Source of the DNA: Spongospora subterranea f. sp. subterranea
Taxonomy: Eukaryota
DNA: 64,000 nucleotides
Assembly: GCA_049724395.1 (NCBI GenBank)
Contig: JAUGWO010000114.1
Coordinates: forward strand, 1 to 64,000
Reading direction: 5' to 3'
In this document: positions 62,141 through 64,000 of the stretch, piece by piece
How positions within the stretch are numbered: position 1 is the first letter of the stretch
Layout: every line of letters begins with the position of its first letter
The notes under the pieces: model-generated
What the model was told of the DNA's origin: nothing
The model's database searches: none
What the model saw: the letters and a program-made list of their open reading frames with translations, nothing else
Made by a program: the position numbers and the translations under genes

Positions 62141-64000
62141 TAATTTTTAAAGGGGGACGAGAAAAGACTGGTCACATTAACTGGTCACTTCAAAAATTGC
62201 GTAGACGACCTGTCAATGGGTAATGGGCGCGAGAAAAAGCTGGTCACATTCTGACTGGGAGATTCAGCCGAAAATATATTGACTGGTCATCGAGTTTGTT
62301 GGAATAAAATATTGTTAATGTACACTCAAGTGTATCTAAATGGAGTAATCATCCGGAGTTCTTGTCGGGGTATCCTCATCCGTATTGTCAGCACGAGAGG
62401 TAATATAGTGTTCGAAGGAGGACAATGTCATCGCTAGAGTCGGCATCAGATTCCGAATGCTGTACCGTCTGTATTTCAGAATGCGGTCGTTGGACTGTTT
62501 CTGACATATTTGCGCCGACGCTGCCGTGCACCCTTATTGATAGGAGTGTCGCGAATCAGAACTTCGACTGTGATCAGGTTCCGCTGCGACCAGATGGAAA
62601 TTGCCGTTTTATGTTTGACGAAGCTTCCAAAAAGCCTAATTTGGTCGCTCGGTACTCCGAGTGGCAATGGCGAGTAACCAACACCCGCTACCGTTCGCTG
62701 CCATCCGACCCCTTACCGATTAAGATCACCAACAAGGTGTGCACAGGCAACATTGTTTGCTCCAATTTGGGATGTGCATATTTCGCGTCGTCCGAAACAG
62801 AACAATCCGGACAACTTTGAACGAACGTAATATCGCAACTCAGTCACAAGTCTAAAACCTTGAACAGTTGTTTACTTTTTATAATGTTGCAGGTGCCGCG
62901 TTTGCAGCAGCGACATGGTTCGACTTGTTTGTCCTGCAACATGCATGTGGGCGGAGGCAAAATTCGCTGATCGAGCCATTATTATCCATTTTGACCGGCA
63001 TTCTCATGCCGTGCCACATGTGTTGAAGCCTGACTTTTACTGCAAAAAGATGCTCACTGACAGGATCTGTAATAATCCCAGGGCCAAAGCTGTCACGCTT
63101 GTCACCGGCACACCAATCATTGGCTCGGTCTGTGAGATCCATGAACCTTACGGTAACCTCTCAAGAGTAGCGTACTGTATTTCCGACGTCGTTACTTGAT
63201 TTATCTGAAAATGTGCCTAAATTTGAATAATCTAGGTTCTGGAGACTCATTCATCGATCAAATCCTGGAGTTTCAACTGACTTTTGGCAAAACTGCCGTC
63301 ATCTCAAGTGATTTCAACATCAATCGAATGCACTTAAGTGTTGCTTCGAATTTTATGTTGGAAAGGTACAGTTGAATATTTCTTTTATGATTGTTGCTGA
63401 TTCTCAGCTTGCAACACAATGATTAGATTCGTCGATGTAGATCCGTTGACAGGTCGTGATGGCCAAGGCGCTGTTTCCGATGTTACGTACAGTTTTTTTG
63501 ATCGAGGCTTTCTTATGACAACCGCAGTGTATTGCGGTTTGCTTGCGCGATGGGTCCCGGTGGCTTTTTCTTGGTTGAACGGACTAACTCGCGAGCATTA
63601 TCGGGCACATTTTGAAGCGATTTTCAGCTGCGCTTCAGCATTCAGTCCGCTGAAGCATCGTTGTCTGTACAGGACAAGGTGACAAGATTCAAACGTTTGT
63701 GTGGGGCAGTCATGGATTTTTCCAATGCGCAAGCATTAGGCTTCATCGATGCTTATATTTCGGTACAGTGCTGAAACTCATTGTTATGACATTGCTTACA
63801 TGTCTACAGATAACGAACAGAATCTTCAACTCACATGGCATTGTTCCGATTGTTTCCGAATTGAAGGCCGACGCACAATCGCTAATGAAAGGTTGTAGAG
63901 TGCACTTTATTTGCTCAGCTCAGCGGATTGACCGCAATCATGCCATTGTGGGGCGTGACAATGATTGCAAATTTCTGCAATTAATCATGGAAGCAGTTGA
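62141..64000 (+). mobile_element. Mutator-like transposase gene with GCM-like zinc domain, degraded, runs off the window
   Basis: KVCTGNIVCSNLGC, HFDRHSHAVP, VSDVTYSFF, RWVPVAFSWL..HF, VMDFSNAQALGF, KGC*VHF. Repeated ctggtca motifs at 62170-62290. Confidence 0.65.

Overview
Eukaryotic nuclear DNA with short (~50-65 nt) GT-AG introns, roughly 45% GC by eye, and tightly packed genes alternating with decayed transposons. The style suggests a compact protist genome such as a plasmodiophorid (Spongospora-like); this is inference only. Recognisable genes: XRN2, a C2HC zinc-finger protein, a SAYSvFN + SEC-C protein, PGAP1/BST1, RPL6, RPL27, a MINDY-3/4 deubiquitinase, bacterial-type TsaE, HID1, an ER DnaJ-thioredoxin protein, a C2H2 factor, two RimK-family ATP-grasp ligases, a TTI2-like protein and DusA. 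Mobile elements: PIF/Harbinger, mariner with TIRs, two Ty3/Gypsy remnants, a LINE RT fragment, a P-like remnant and a GCM-domain Mutator-like element. Highlights: (1) two intronless RimK paralogues that bracket a ~64-copy 24-bp array and share gene-conversion-like tracts; (2) a frameshifted membrane protein whose helix layout resembles insect OR/GR-type 7TM ion channels; (3) a 4-exon secreted His-rich peptide absent from the ORF track; (4) a 10-Cys secreted effector candidate; (5) four fold-back inverted repeats. Scattered single-base frameshifts in conserved genes suggest long-read indel errors, so pseudogene calls and exon edges are provisional.
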